DNA of 35,832 nucleotides from Candidatus Thorarchaeota archaeon (GCA_038893995.1 JAWAQK010000022.1:1-35832), one strand, 5' to 3'. Numbered from the stretch's first letter, positions 17,839-27,068 are shown. The notes: generated by a model from the letters alone, not told the origin. Program-made: numbers and translations.

Positions 17839-19227
17839 TTGGCCAATTCAGACCGGACCGCTGACCAGGTTGATGAGAGGGGCAGGCTAGTTCGTGCTAT
17901 TGGGCCGTGCGGACAAGTCCTGCATATCCCGCTGTCGGGCAGGTCCCTGTTCCTCGGAGGAATGGGCCTGTCTGAGATTCATCTTGATTCTGTGGATGAC
18001 CTCTCGAACATAGAGACTCTGTGGCTCTACGACAACAGGATTACCCATGTCGATCTGAGGCCTCTGTCCTCTGCATCTGGACTGAGATCGCTCTCTCTGG
18101 CACGAAATCGTCTGACTCGGATAGACCTCTCACCCCTTGCACAGTGCAATCGCCTGACAGACATTGACCTGGGAGAGAACCTGATTGAATCGCTGGATCT
18201 CTCTCCCCTACGGGGACTAAGGACCCTTGAAGTGCTGAGACTCGGTCATAACCCTCTTCGAGCACTGGATCTTTCTGCCCTCGAGGGATGTTGCTCCTTG
18301 AGTAAACTGGACATCACAGGGCTGACCATGCTTTGTGGATCTCCAGACGGCTGTGGCAAGGACAGTCCTGCATCGGGCCTGGATCTCACTTCATTGTTCA
18401 TGTGCAACTCATTGATAGACCTGGTCATCGATAATATGACACCAGTCATCGTAGACCCGGTACTCAAGTATGTGATACTGTCGAACATGAACCCGCTACG
18501 GGGCGTCATATCGTCTGCACCCCGACGTGCATGCATGCCCAGAATGGCCTGGCTGTCCCCCTCGCTGGCTGGCAGGATCTACTGGCCTGACTATTCGACC
18601 CTTTACCGAGTCCACGGACCTCACGAAACTCTACATCGGATCCGTCGGATTCTCGCAACCGCCGACGAGATATACTCATTCCATCTGACATGTGGCCTTC
18701 TATGCGGCTTCGGACTCGGAGGTCTTGTGGGACTTGACACTGAGCCAGAGAGGCTATTGAGCGACCTCTCGGGCGACGAACCATACGAGGTTGCCAGGAC
18801 GGTAGTGCAGCGCAATGCCATCAGCCTGCTGAGAGAACAACTCACGACTGGCGGCCCCAGCCTGTTTTTCGATGTCGAGACGCTGCTGAATATGGGTGCA
18901 ACCGATCTCGTGTCGCTAGTGTTGGACAGGCGAAGGTCCGAGGTAGAAGAAACTGTGATAGAGGACCATGGAGACCATTTCGACATACGCGATCTGATGC
19001 TCACAGCCTACGGTCGTTCTGTCACTAAGGCACTGCACGTGAGAGGTAATCGTGTGAGCCCTGAGATTCTCAACCAGATCCAGGACGTCTTTGATCGGGT
19101 TGGTATTCGCCTCCGTGTTGTCAGAGCATCAGCCTCTAGGGGACCGAAGTATCCCAGATTGCGCTTTTCGGAGAGCCTCATCCGAGTTCTGGGGGAAGAT
19201 GCACCAGCATTCAGAGAATGGGTGTGA
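17839..19227 (+). CDS. Leucine-rich repeat protein with conserved C-terminal domain
   Basis: About 6 LRRs, then a domain with GLDxxP, GGPSLFFD and LMLTAYG that is shared with 21743-23164. Confidence 0.88.
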   Translation: MANSDRTADQVDERGRLVRAIGPCGQVLHIPLSGRSLFLGGMGLSEIHLDSVDDLSNIETLWLYDNRITHVDLRPLSSASGLRSLSLARNRLTRIDLSPLAQCNRLTDIDLGENLIESLDLSPLRGLRTLEVLRLGHNPLRALDLSALEGCCSLSKLDITGLTMLCGSPDGCGKDSPASGLDLTSLFMCNSLIDLVIDNMTPVIVDPVLKYVILSNMNPLRGVISSAPRRACMPRMAWLSPSLAGRIYWPDYSTLYRVHGPHETLHRIRRILATADEIYSFHLTCGLLCGFGLGGLVGLDTEPERLLSDLSGDEPYEVARTVVQRNAISLLREQLTTGGPSLFFDVETLLNMGATDLVSLVLDRRRSEVEETVIEDHGDHFDIRDLMLTAYGRSVTKALHVRGNRVSPEILNQIQDVFDRVGIRLRVVRASASRGPKYPRLRFSESLIRVLGEDAPAFREWV

Positions 19228-19331
19228 ACATCGACACTTGCGTTGTGCTGACCCCTGGCCACTCAGTCATACGTCTGCAATACAACGACTAATCTTAGGC
19301 AGGCGGTCACGGGACATCGGGTGACGATGCA

Positions 19332-19991
19332 TTGGACTGTCCAGAGGACCTCTGTGCACGTAGGACCCTAAGAACGGCTGGGACATTTCAGGAGATAAGG
19401 GACGCATGGAAGCGGAGACTGGATGCGTACTTCCACCAGCTCAACTCACTCATTGAGGGGGGCTGGTACACTGTCAACGATCTCTCAGGCATAGTACGCG
19501 AATCCAGGAATGCTGCACACGAGGCACTTGACGGTCTGGCAGGGGACCTCAGCGCTGAACTGGTACATGAATCGAGCAGACTCATCCAGAAGTATGAGAA
19601 GGAGAGATCATCACTCAACGGTCAGATACAGGATCTGAAGAGCATGCTCAACGGGGTGCTCTCTGGAGAGGAGGACTTCTTCAGGAGACAGAATGAGCTT
19701 CTGATAGCCGCCCTGATGAAGATTCCAGAGTACCAGCTACTCGAAGTGTTGCGTGCTCATGGCAAGGCCACGTACGATGAACTCGCACGGGCAATGGCCT
19801 GGAAGAAACCCGCTGTGAGAAAGGCCTGCAGCGTGCTAGTATCGTCCGGTTATGCCGCGCTCGAGGGGACTGCCAGGGCCCGAGTTGTCCGATTCCTGTC
19901 CGCGCCGTGGTTCACCCAGAAACACCCGTCGCAGGACGCAGCGGAACCGGGACTCCAGACCTCGCTACTGTCTGCCAGTCATGACATGTAG
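19332..19991 (+). CDS. Hypothetical coiled-coil protein with C-terminal winged helix-turn-helix
   Basis: Heptad-like segment KYEKERSSLNGQIQDLKSML, then LLEVLRAHGKATYDELARAM...VRKACSVLVSSGY. Confidence 0.7.
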   Translation: MDCPEDLCARRTLRTAGTFQEIRDAWKRRLDAYFHQLNSLIEGGWYTVNDLSGIVRESRNAAHEALDGLAGDLSAELVHESSRLIQKYEKERSSLNGQIQDLKSMLNGVLSGEEDFFRRQNELLIAALMKIPEYQLLEVLRAHGKATYDELARAMAWKKPAVRKACSVLVSSGYAALEGTARARVVRFLSAPWFTQKHPSQDAAEPGLQTSLLSASHDM

Positions 19992-20042
19992 GAAATAGTC
20001 CCCCGATCGGCCGTTAGTGCATGGATAGCATATGTCCAAACA

Positions 20043-20795
20043 TCACTTGAAGAGTATCTCGTCGAGGGGTCTGTTTATCCCCCTTGCACCCTGATCACTG
20101 CGGTGAAGTTGGAGTCCGCGTATTATCGCCACTGGAATGGCCTCGTCGGCCTGTCCCATGACAAGCTCTGCAGCCTGCGCAAGCTCGTCGGCCAGACATA
20201 CTACCGACCCTCTGAGCGGTCTGCCGAACAGATCGGGACGTCCCCTGTTACTGATCAATGTGGCTACGCCTGAGGCACCAATGGCGACATTGACAGCACC
20301 CTGTCTCCACGGTCTACCCTGTGTGTCCACGATGATGACTCCCACATCCGTTCCGGTCAGTCGCCTGATATCTTCTCGAATCCTTGATGCAGACGCATCC
20401 GGGTCTGGCGGTAGAGTCACAAGGGAGCCCTCTGGTGTGTTACTTCTGTCGACGCCGGCGTAGTCAGTTATGATGCCCTGTGGGGTGACCGTTATCAGTA
20501 CGGGCGACTCACGAAGTACCCCGACTGAATGTTCAAGCGCAAGTTCGACCTTGAATGGGTCGGCGTCGTTCATGCGTGCTATCGCGTAAGCCTTCTCTGA
20601 CACACGTATCTTCGAGACGGGGACTACACAACCCTCGGACACTGACACGATCTTGTGACTCACTACAACAATGTCTCCAGCCTGCAGCTGGAGTCCGCTC
20701 CTATTCAATGCGTCCGCAATCAGAAGGGCGATGTCGTCTCCCCTCTTCACGAGCGGAATGCCGTGAACAGGAATTACCTGATATCGAGCAGACAT
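20043..20795 (-). CDS. cofE: Coenzyme F420-0:L-glutamate ligase
   Basis: GIPLVKRGDDI, KIVSVSEG, AGVDRSN, DTQGRPWRQG, ADELAQAAELVMGQADE. Confidence 0.93.
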   Translation of the reverse strand: MSARYQVIPVHGIPLVKRGDDIALLIADALNRSGLQLQAGDIVVVSHKIVSVSEGCVVPVSKIRVSEKAYAIARMNDADPFKVELALEHSVGVLRESPVLITVTPQGIITDYAGVDRSNTPEGSLVTLPPDPDASASRIREDIRRLTGTDVGVIIVDTQGRPWRQGAVNVAIGASGVATLISNRGRPDLFGRPLRGSVVCLADELAQAAELVMGQADEAIPVAIIRGLQLHRSDQGARGINRPLDEILFK

Positions 20796-21212
20796 CGATC
20801 AGTAGATACGGCACTTGACTGAAGAACTTGACCTTCAGTACTCACCGGTCTGTGCCCTTCGCCGCCATCGTCTACTATCCCCCTGCTATTGCCGAACATC
20901 GGACCCGCATACGAGGCCAGAAGACTGTGGGAGCGAGGGTCAGCAGCGAGCAGAGCACCGGTCTGGCAGTCCTATTGACTTCCCTGCATGGCTCCGGCAC
21001 ATCTACCAAATTTGTACCGGGCAGACATGTGTTGGGTCTCAAGGCCGATCGAGCGGTGTCGTCCTGGAAACGAACGCAGGCCGGAGGCGTTGGGAACGCC
21101 CTGCCACTCTGACTGCCTGGCTGTTTCGCTGGGTCTTGGACCGAAGAGTTTCCATGTTCGGATCCGCAGCGCATAGCCCAGGGAGTCTCTTGGCCCAGGA
21201 GAGTGCTGATCT

Positions 21213-21627
21213 TTGCCTCTGTCGGGAGCTGACGAGAGAGCCGTCAGAAGAATCATGGCCGGGTCACGTTGGGTCTACCCCGAAGATATCGCGTTCTACG
21301 TCGCGTCCTATCCAGTAGCGTGCGGACCCATGATTCTTCTTCCTGCACTGTAGACCTCAGGCGCGCCGAGTCCGGTACTCAGTCTGCGGAGGTGGCGTGG
21401 TCTGGCACAGGGTATTCCAGGACGGGTTGGAGGCAGTGCGCACTGAAGTTCCTGCGGACGAGTCCAAGTTGGCACCCGCTGGTGATCTGATCTCCCTGCT
21501 CCGGCCCTCATCTAGTCGCCCCATCCGGCTACTCGTGATCGACACATACGATGGACTGGAGTACACGGGCCGGACCCACATCACCGATGGCGGGGTCGAG
21601 CTCCGTGAGGCAATTCTGGTCCCGTAA
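21213..21627 (+). pseudogene. Possible frameshifted small gene, or two tiny ORFs
   Basis: ORF A (TTG 21213 to TAG 21353, 46 aa) overlaps a +1 frame that is open from 21334 to 21627; both translations look protein-like. Confidence 0.3.
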
Positions 21628-21742
21628 TAGGTACTGAGGCGAGCCTGAAGGCCTTCATTCGTCATAGCCAGAGCCCGACTGATGATGATCCTGCCTCGGC
21701 TCAGCGATGACCTGTTCGAGACATGCCCATGCCTCGTCTCGT

Positions 21743-23164
21743 CTAGACCATTCGCGGAGCATGCGATGTCTGACAGGCCATCTGCGGTTCTGCAAACACC
21801 CTAGTGCTGAGGATATACGTCTTGAATGACTCAGAAACGATCTCGACCAGCGGCGAGTAGGACGGACCCTGTTCGATTCTGAGTCTGACTCCCAGGTCAG
21901 CCATCAACGATCTGATGGTCCTGAGTGTCGCGAGGTCCACTTCTGGGCTCGACAGTCTCAGCGCCATGCGGACAGAGTGTCCATAGGCGGTCATGAATAG
22001 GGGTTCAAGGTCTGCCACGGATCCCCTAGTTCCGATGGTCATCTCCCTCAGTTCCTCGATCCTCCTCTGTACGACCAATGCCACGAGTTCATATTCTGCC
22101 TCGTCCATGTTCGGTCGATCGAGTGAGGTGTCTATGAAGACGGTGGGTCCTCCTCTCAACACCTGGTACTTGAGTTTCTTCAACACAGTCTCGCGAAGCG
22201 CACAACGGGCTCCGTCGTAGTCTTCTCTCGCTGACAGTAACCGGACGATGTCAACTGGTCTACAGTCGAGGCCACTCAGATGCGGGAGCTCCATCCCAAA
22301 GAGCAGTCCTCTGAGGGCCGGATACCACTCAATAGGGTTCAGGCTGGCGGCAGTGCGTCGGATTCTTGACACCGTTGTAGGCCATCCCTCGAGTTCGGCC
22401 AGGACTCTGTAGCAGTACCTCTCTACTATATCGAACGAGCACTGGACCGTGAACTGATGCAGGGGGTCTGCGAACGACCCTGGTCCCCCCCTTCTGTAGG
22501 TGAGGGTCGGTCTGTTCGTGACGGGTGTCACATCAACTCGAGGGAGTGGGTTCCTCGTGAGGTCGAGCGACTCGATGACACTGCACGCCGCAAGTGGCCA
22601 CAGGTCAAGTCTGGCAAGCCTATTGTGGCTGAGATCCAGGACCCTCAGGTGACGGGCGTTCCTTAGAGGACGGAGGTCCAGCTCTGTGAGTAGATTGTGT
22701 GAGAGCTTCAGTACTGTGAGGCGTCTGGCTCGGGCCAGTGGCTCAAGATCTATGTCGTCGAGCCTGTTGTTGTCCAGGAACAGGTACTCTAGACTCCGAC
22801 AGCTAGCGAGGGGTGAAAGGTCGATGTCGTCCAGGATGTTGTCCGAGAGGGAGAGTATCATCAGATGCTTGCTATTGCTGAGCGGAGCGAGATCAATATG
22901 ACGCAGGTTGTTGTCCGACAGGTTGAGCTCCCGGAGCTGAGGGCACCCTGCGATAGCACTGAGGTCTACGTTGCTCAGCCAGTTCTTGCACAAGCGAATT
23001 GACCGCATTCTGTGGCAGGCGGAAACTTCACTGAGATCCACTGCACGTAGGTGCCTGCCAGATAGGTCGAGTATGCCCTGGTCCGATGATAATTGGTGAA
23101 CCTCCTCTGGGCCACGTTCGACCTGACAGCGCATGCTAGGTCTACCTGGGGTACGTGAGACCAC
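21743..23164 (-). CDS. Leucine-rich repeat protein with conserved C-terminal domain
   Basis: About 8 22-aa LRRs, then GLDCRP, GGPTVFID, LFMTAYG. Confidence 0.9.
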   Translation of the reverse strand: MVSRTPGRPSMRCQVERGPEEVHQLSSDQGILDLSGRHLRAVDLSEVSACHRMRSIRLCKNWLSNVDLSAIAGCPQLRELNLSDNNLRHIDLAPLSNSKHLMILSLSDNILDDIDLSPLASCRSLEYLFLDNNRLDDIDLEPLARARRLTVLKLSHNLLTELDLRPLRNARHLRVLDLSHNRLARLDLWPLAACSVIESLDLTRNPLPRVDVTPVTNRPTLTYRRGGPGSFADPLHQFTVQCSFDIVERYCYRVLAELEGWPTTVSRIRRTAASLNPIEWYPALRGLLFGMELPHLSGLDCRPVDIVRLLSAREDYDGARCALRETVLKKLKYQVLRGGPTVFIDTSLDRPNMDEAEYELVALVVQRRIEELREMTIGTRGSVADLEPLFMTAYGHSVRMALRLSSPEVDLATLRTIRSLMADLGVRLRIEQGPSYSPLVEIVSESFKTYILSTRVFAEPQMACQTSHAPRMV

Positions 23165-23309
23165 AATCGATCTCCATTTTCACACTCGTCGCGTCACATA
23201 AGAACATGATTGTAGTGCATGTCTTGCTACCATCGATGGTCCGCACCTACAGGTCCTGAGCAGATGTAAGAGATAATAAGGTCCTGTTACGAGCTTGACT
23301 GGACCTGAC

Positions 23310-24455
23310 ATGAAGGGACGGCTCGTGTATCCCTACTCGTCGAGTCTGCTCAAGTACGAGTTCAGTAAGACTCACCCTCTGAAGCCAGATCGCCTGCGTC
23401 TCACCTTCGAACTGTCGAAGATGCTAGGCCTGATTGAGAAGGTCGAACTGGTCGAGCCTACCCCTGCAACACGAGAAGACCTCGAGATGTTTCACACTCC
23501 TGACTTCATAGATGCTGTCATTCGGTGCAAGACAGACAGCCGCATAAATGCCGTATATGGTCTGGGGATCTCAGACAATCCTATCTTCCCAGAGCTCTTC
23601 GAAGCTGCAAGTATGTATGTGGGTGCGACTCTCGAGGCAGCAGATAGAATAGTGAATGGGAGGGATCGCGCCTTCGTAATATCCGGGGGTCTCCACCATG
23701 CTCAGAGGAGTGAGGCATCAGGATTCTGCATATTCAACGACATAGTACTCGGCATCATGAGGATACGAAAAAAGGTTCCATGCAGGGTACTCTACTTCGA
23801 CTTCGACGCCCATCATGGTGACGGCGTCCAGAACGCGTTCTACAGGTCCAAAGATGTCCTCACGATATCCGTTCATCAGTCGGGTAAGACCCTGTTCCCA
23901 GGAACAGGATTTGTGTATGAATGTGGTGCGGCGGAAGGCCTCGGATATTCAGTCAATGTTCCGCTCCTGCCAGGGGCCGGGACACCCGAGCTGATCAGGA
24001 CCTTCGAGGAGATCGTCGTACCGCTGTTCGAGTCTTTCAGGCCAGATCTGGTAGTAACTCAACAGGGCGTCGACGGCCACTACCTAGACCCCCTGGCTCA
24101 TCTTGCGCTTACCAGCCACGGCTACGAGCACGTCCTGAGACGTCTGATGGACCTCACGAGTCAGTGCAGGCTAGGCTGGTTAGCGCTTGGAGGCGGAGGT
24201 TACCACCTGGTCAACGTCGCAAGGCTCTGGTCCCTGTTTCTGGCGATCCTGCTCGACGAGAAGGTACCGGATCACATTCCTGACGAGTTCTTGCAGTCCC
24301 TGCCAGACTACGGCTACGAGCACATTCCAACCACAATGCGGGACCCTGACCAAGTGGTGTCTATGTACCTCCCGAGAGAACAGATTGAGCTCGACCTTGA
24401 TCGCGTAATAAGGCGGCTCAGGGAACTCGTCTTTCCGTATCACGGTCTCGCCTGA
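23310..24455 (+). CDS. Histone deacetylase / AcuC family Zn-dependent deacylase
   Basis: HPLKPDR, GGLHHA, GFCIFND, DFDAHHGDGVQ, FPGTG, VNVPL, DPL, GGGGY. Confidence 0.93.
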   Translation: MKGRLVYPYSSSLLKYEFSKTHPLKPDRLRLTFELSKMLGLIEKVELVEPTPATREDLEMFHTPDFIDAVIRCKTDSRINAVYGLGISDNPIFPELFEAASMYVGATLEAADRIVNGRDRAFVISGGLHHAQRSEASGFCIFNDIVLGIMRIRKKVPCRVLYFDFDAHHGDGVQNAFYRSKDVLTISVHQSGKTLFPGTGFVYECGAAEGLGYSVNVPLLPGAGTPELIRTFEEIVVPLFESFRPDLVVTQQGVDGHYLDPLAHLALTSHGYEHVLRRLMDLTSQCRLGWLALGGGGYHLVNVARLWSLFLAILLDEKVPDHIPDEFLQSLPDYGYEHIPTTMRDPDQVVSMYLPREQIELDLDRVIRRLRELVFPYHGLA

Positions 24456-25083
24456 GTCGCCCCTGTTCTCGCCCGCGTCTCAATTGCCTGTCTATCCAGA
24501 GCCTTACTGCCTTCGTGACCAGGTCCGATGCTGCTGCCATGACTACTGCATATGCGTCCTCGGATAGGACCGACGTTGGGTCCACCCCATCACGGGCCAT
24601 CTTGCACAGCGCTGGATAGCACATCAGTCCCAGCACCTCAATGACGTCCTCGTGGTTTGAACCGCTGATGTCAACATCCTCCTCGAGGATGTCCAGGACG
24701 GTCACTCTAGGGTCGCTGCTGAAGATCTCGATCAGGGTGTCCAGGTCCGCGCTGACTACCACGTCGGATTCGAAACAGTCCTCACTCACCTCTGCAACCC
24801 CATCATCAAACACAATCGATGCGCGTTCGTCCGTGTCGTTTGCGACGAAACACACCGATATGTTCCTCAGCGATGGCTCCACAGACTCCAGATGCCGATT
24901 GAACTCGTCCTCAGTCATATTGCGCGAGTGCTCAACGTCCGCCACTCCCATCCTCAGCGCTACACGACATCCGTTCAGGAGCGGCACTAGGTAGTCCATG
25001 ATCATGAACCTGTCATCGTTCATATCTCGGACTAGTCTTCTGAGGGCCGTGTCGAGACTTAGAGGACGTGAGATGTCTGACAT
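24418..25083 (-). CDS. Hypothetical acidic protein with possible SCP2-like domain
   Basis: ASIVFDDGVAEVSEDCFESDVVVSADLDTLIEIF...VDISG resembles the SCP2 pattern; overlaps the HDAC 3' end by 38 nt. Confidence 0.6.
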   Translation of the reverse strand: MSDISRPLSLDTALRRLVRDMNDDRFMIMDYLVPLLNGCRVALRMGVADVEHSRNMTEDEFNRHLESVEPSLRNISVCFVANDTDERASIVFDDGVAEVSEDCFESDVVVSADLDTLIEIFSSDPRVTVLDILEEDVDISGSNHEDVIEVLGLMCYPALCKMARDGVDPTSVLSEDAYAVVMAAASDLVTKAVRLWIDRQLRRGREQGRLRRDRDTERRVP

Positions 25084-25226
25084 CTCATTTCACTGGCAGT
25101 CCACAGTGCAGGCATATAGAGGTGACGGAGCTGACGGCTCCTGACCTGCTCAGAGAAACTCAATGTATCTGCGGTCAGTCTGCAATACAGATATCTACTG
25201 AGCAAGCATTACAGTAGGGCCCGAAG

Positions 25227-25976
25227 ATGACAATAGACATTCACACGCATCTGGGAAAAGACCGCATGAGCATAACGTCCATCGACCGTTCGGACCTTCC
25301 ATTTCTGACGGACCAGCTGATTGCGGCAATGGACCAACACGGTGTCGATGTGGCAGTGGTCACTCCGTCTGAACCATACGTGGACTCCGAAGTATGCATC
25401 GAGGCGGCCGAGATGTCTCCCGATCGTCTTCTCTGGTCGTGCAGCATGATTCCTCGCCCTATTGACCGGGCCCGCACTCAGCTGCGCTCCTTCGTGGACA
25501 GAGGCTGCGCAGGACTTGTCATGGACCAAGAGACTTTTCATCCGTCAGATCCTGCTGCAGACGCGCTTGCGTTCAGCGCGTCGATGCATGGGCTGCCCAT
25601 CTTCCTACACACATATGAGTTGACACCCGAGGGCGCCTCCTTCATAGACAGGATATCGGCAGCATGTCCTGAGCTACAGATAGTCGTCGCTCACATGGGA
25701 GGCATTCTTGGGGTCTACAGGTTGATGCCGTACCTTGGCCGGGGCAATATATGGCTGGACATATCCTCGACGCTTGCGAGATTGGTCGAGCCTCCAATGA
25801 GGATGTTCCTGGACGTGCTTGCTGAGACGCATGGCTTCTCCAAGCTGGTATTTGGTTCGGAGCACCACAACGAGTACGGTAATGTGCGGGGCTCTCTCAA
25901 CCTGATGAAGCTGGACATCGAGACACTTCGTCTGGTCACCGACGAAAACCCGCGACGAATACTTCGACTCAACTAG
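25227..25976 (+). CDS. Amidohydrolase family protein (Amidohydro_2-like)
   Basis: IDIHTH, MDQHGVD, LPIFLHT, VVAHMGG, NIWLDIS, LVFGSE. Confidence 0.85.
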   Translation: MTIDIHTHLGKDRMSITSIDRSDLPFLTDQLIAAMDQHGVDVAVVTPSEPYVDSEVCIEAAEMSPDRLLWSCSMIPRPIDRARTQLRSFVDRGCAGLVMDQETFHPSDPAADALAFSASMHGLPIFLHTYELTPEGASFIDRISAACPELQIVVAHMGGILGVYRLMPYLGRGNIWLDISSTLARLVEPPMRMFLDVLAETHGFSKLVFGSEHHNEYGNVRGSLNLMKLDIETLRLVTDENPRRILRLN

Positions 25977-26299
25977 GTCCTTGTCAGCAGGTAGGAATGT
26001 ATTACATTCTCCAGTTCCTCATGTGTAGGAATGCCTGTTAGGACAGCAGAACCAACTCTGATCGCTGGTATCGCTCGTATGTCGTTGGTCCCTGCCCTGC
26101 CAGCAGGCCAATCTATCTGCTGGACAACAATGTTCACATAGACGTCCTGATCCCGTAGCCTCTCCGCTGACTGTCTGACGACCTCCAGCGCCTGCCCACA
26201 GAATGCGCACTTCTCGTCTGTGTATACCGTCACTGTAAGGTCCTGTCGATAGCGTCCACCGTCCGCTAGCAATCTCCGTTCTCTCCATGAATCCAGCAC
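25973..26299 (-). CDS. Thioredoxin-family protein (archaeal MJ0307-like)
   Basis: VYTDEKCAFCGQA, cis-Pro motif IRAIPAI, LTGIPTHEEL. Confidence 0.82.
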   Translation of the reverse strand: MLDSWRERRLLADGGRYRQDLTVTVYTDEKCAFCGQALEVVRQSAERLRDQDVYVNIVVQQIDWPAGRAGTNDIRAIPAIRVGSAVLTGIPTHEELENVIHSYLLTRT

Positions 26300-26318
26300 T
26301 TGATCTGGGTCCTTCCAA

Positions 26319-26549
26319 TCATTCCGCGAAGACAGGGGGCTTGAGTCTTACCTCCTCCCGCACCTGAGCGATTGACCGGAATGGTATGGTTTCCCACACG
26401 ATGGCGCCGCTCTGTTCCCCACGTTCCACAACGACAACTGGCCCCTCTGTCTCGTCCAGCCAGATCCTCTTGACCCGTCCTATGGGATAGCCACGGAAGT
26501 CGCACACAACCTTGTTCTTGAGCAACCGCTTCAAGTCAATCGTGTTCAT
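26319..26549 (-). CDS. PRC-barrel domain protein
   Basis: LKNKVVCDFRGYPIGRVKRIWLD...IPFRSIAQVREEVRL; 76 aa. Confidence 0.8.
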   Translation of the reverse strand: MNTIDLKRLLKNKVVCDFRGYPIGRVKRIWLDETEGPVVVVERGEQSGAIVWETIPFRSIAQVREEVRLKPPVFAE

Positions 26550-26697
26550 GTCCTGTTACCGCGAATGTTCGACTGCAACGCCTAGATTAGGTTGAGTAAA
26601 ACACACGGCATATCGTGCGCAGTATTTCCGAGACAGGACTGCTACTGAGGGATAGTTGCCTGATCTTCCTGCCTTCGTCCAGTCGTGCTCTCTGGAT

Positions 26698-26768
26698 TCA
26701 TCCCAGTATCTGTACCAGTCTCTCAGACGGAGCTGTGTGGCCTGTCTGGGTATGGTCATCCCAGTATC
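26698..26768. repeat. 13-bp direct repeat TCATCCCAGTATC (two copies)
   Basis: Copies at 26698-26710 and 26756-26768, in the spacer between divergent genes. Confidence 0.6.
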
Positions 26769-27068
26769 CCTGCAGATGATTCCTATAGAGCAGGAAAGCT
26801 GGGGCAGCAGAGCGAGTGACAAGAGTATCGATGGCAGTTCACAGCCAGCCCCTCGGATACGGGATTCGCGTAAGTTGCCGGTCGTCGGGGCCATGAACTC
26901 TCAGCCCCCTGTCTCGCGCCCCGGACCTTCTTGTCCCCGGAACGGTTTTAACTGAATCGTCCGCGTCATGCCATGTCGCGCTTCCTGACATCATCTCTCC
27001 GAGCTCCGACGAGCTGGTTGATTGCGGCCGGTTCCCTGAGCGTTGTTCAATGACCTACCCGGAGCAGC

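Noticed and set aside
20828-21490. TGA read-through (selenoprotein) joining short + strand ORFs
   Set aside because: The extended frame hits another TGA, has no redox motif or recognisable SECIS, and does not look protein-like.
21682-21725. ATGATGA-containing C/D box sRNA candidate
   Set aside because: No terminal CTGA D box at the expected spacing.
17121-23164. 66-bp periodicity as CRISPR or DGR variable repeats
   Set aside because: Explained by degenerate LRR coding units; no identical repeats, cas genes or reverse transcriptase.
26556-26955. Overlapping 112-aa and 99-aa ORFs in the spacer
   Set aside because: Ser/Arg/Pro-rich composition, no clear RBS or motif; the same applies to 14442-14714, 16807-17067, 20815-21318 and 35193-35399.
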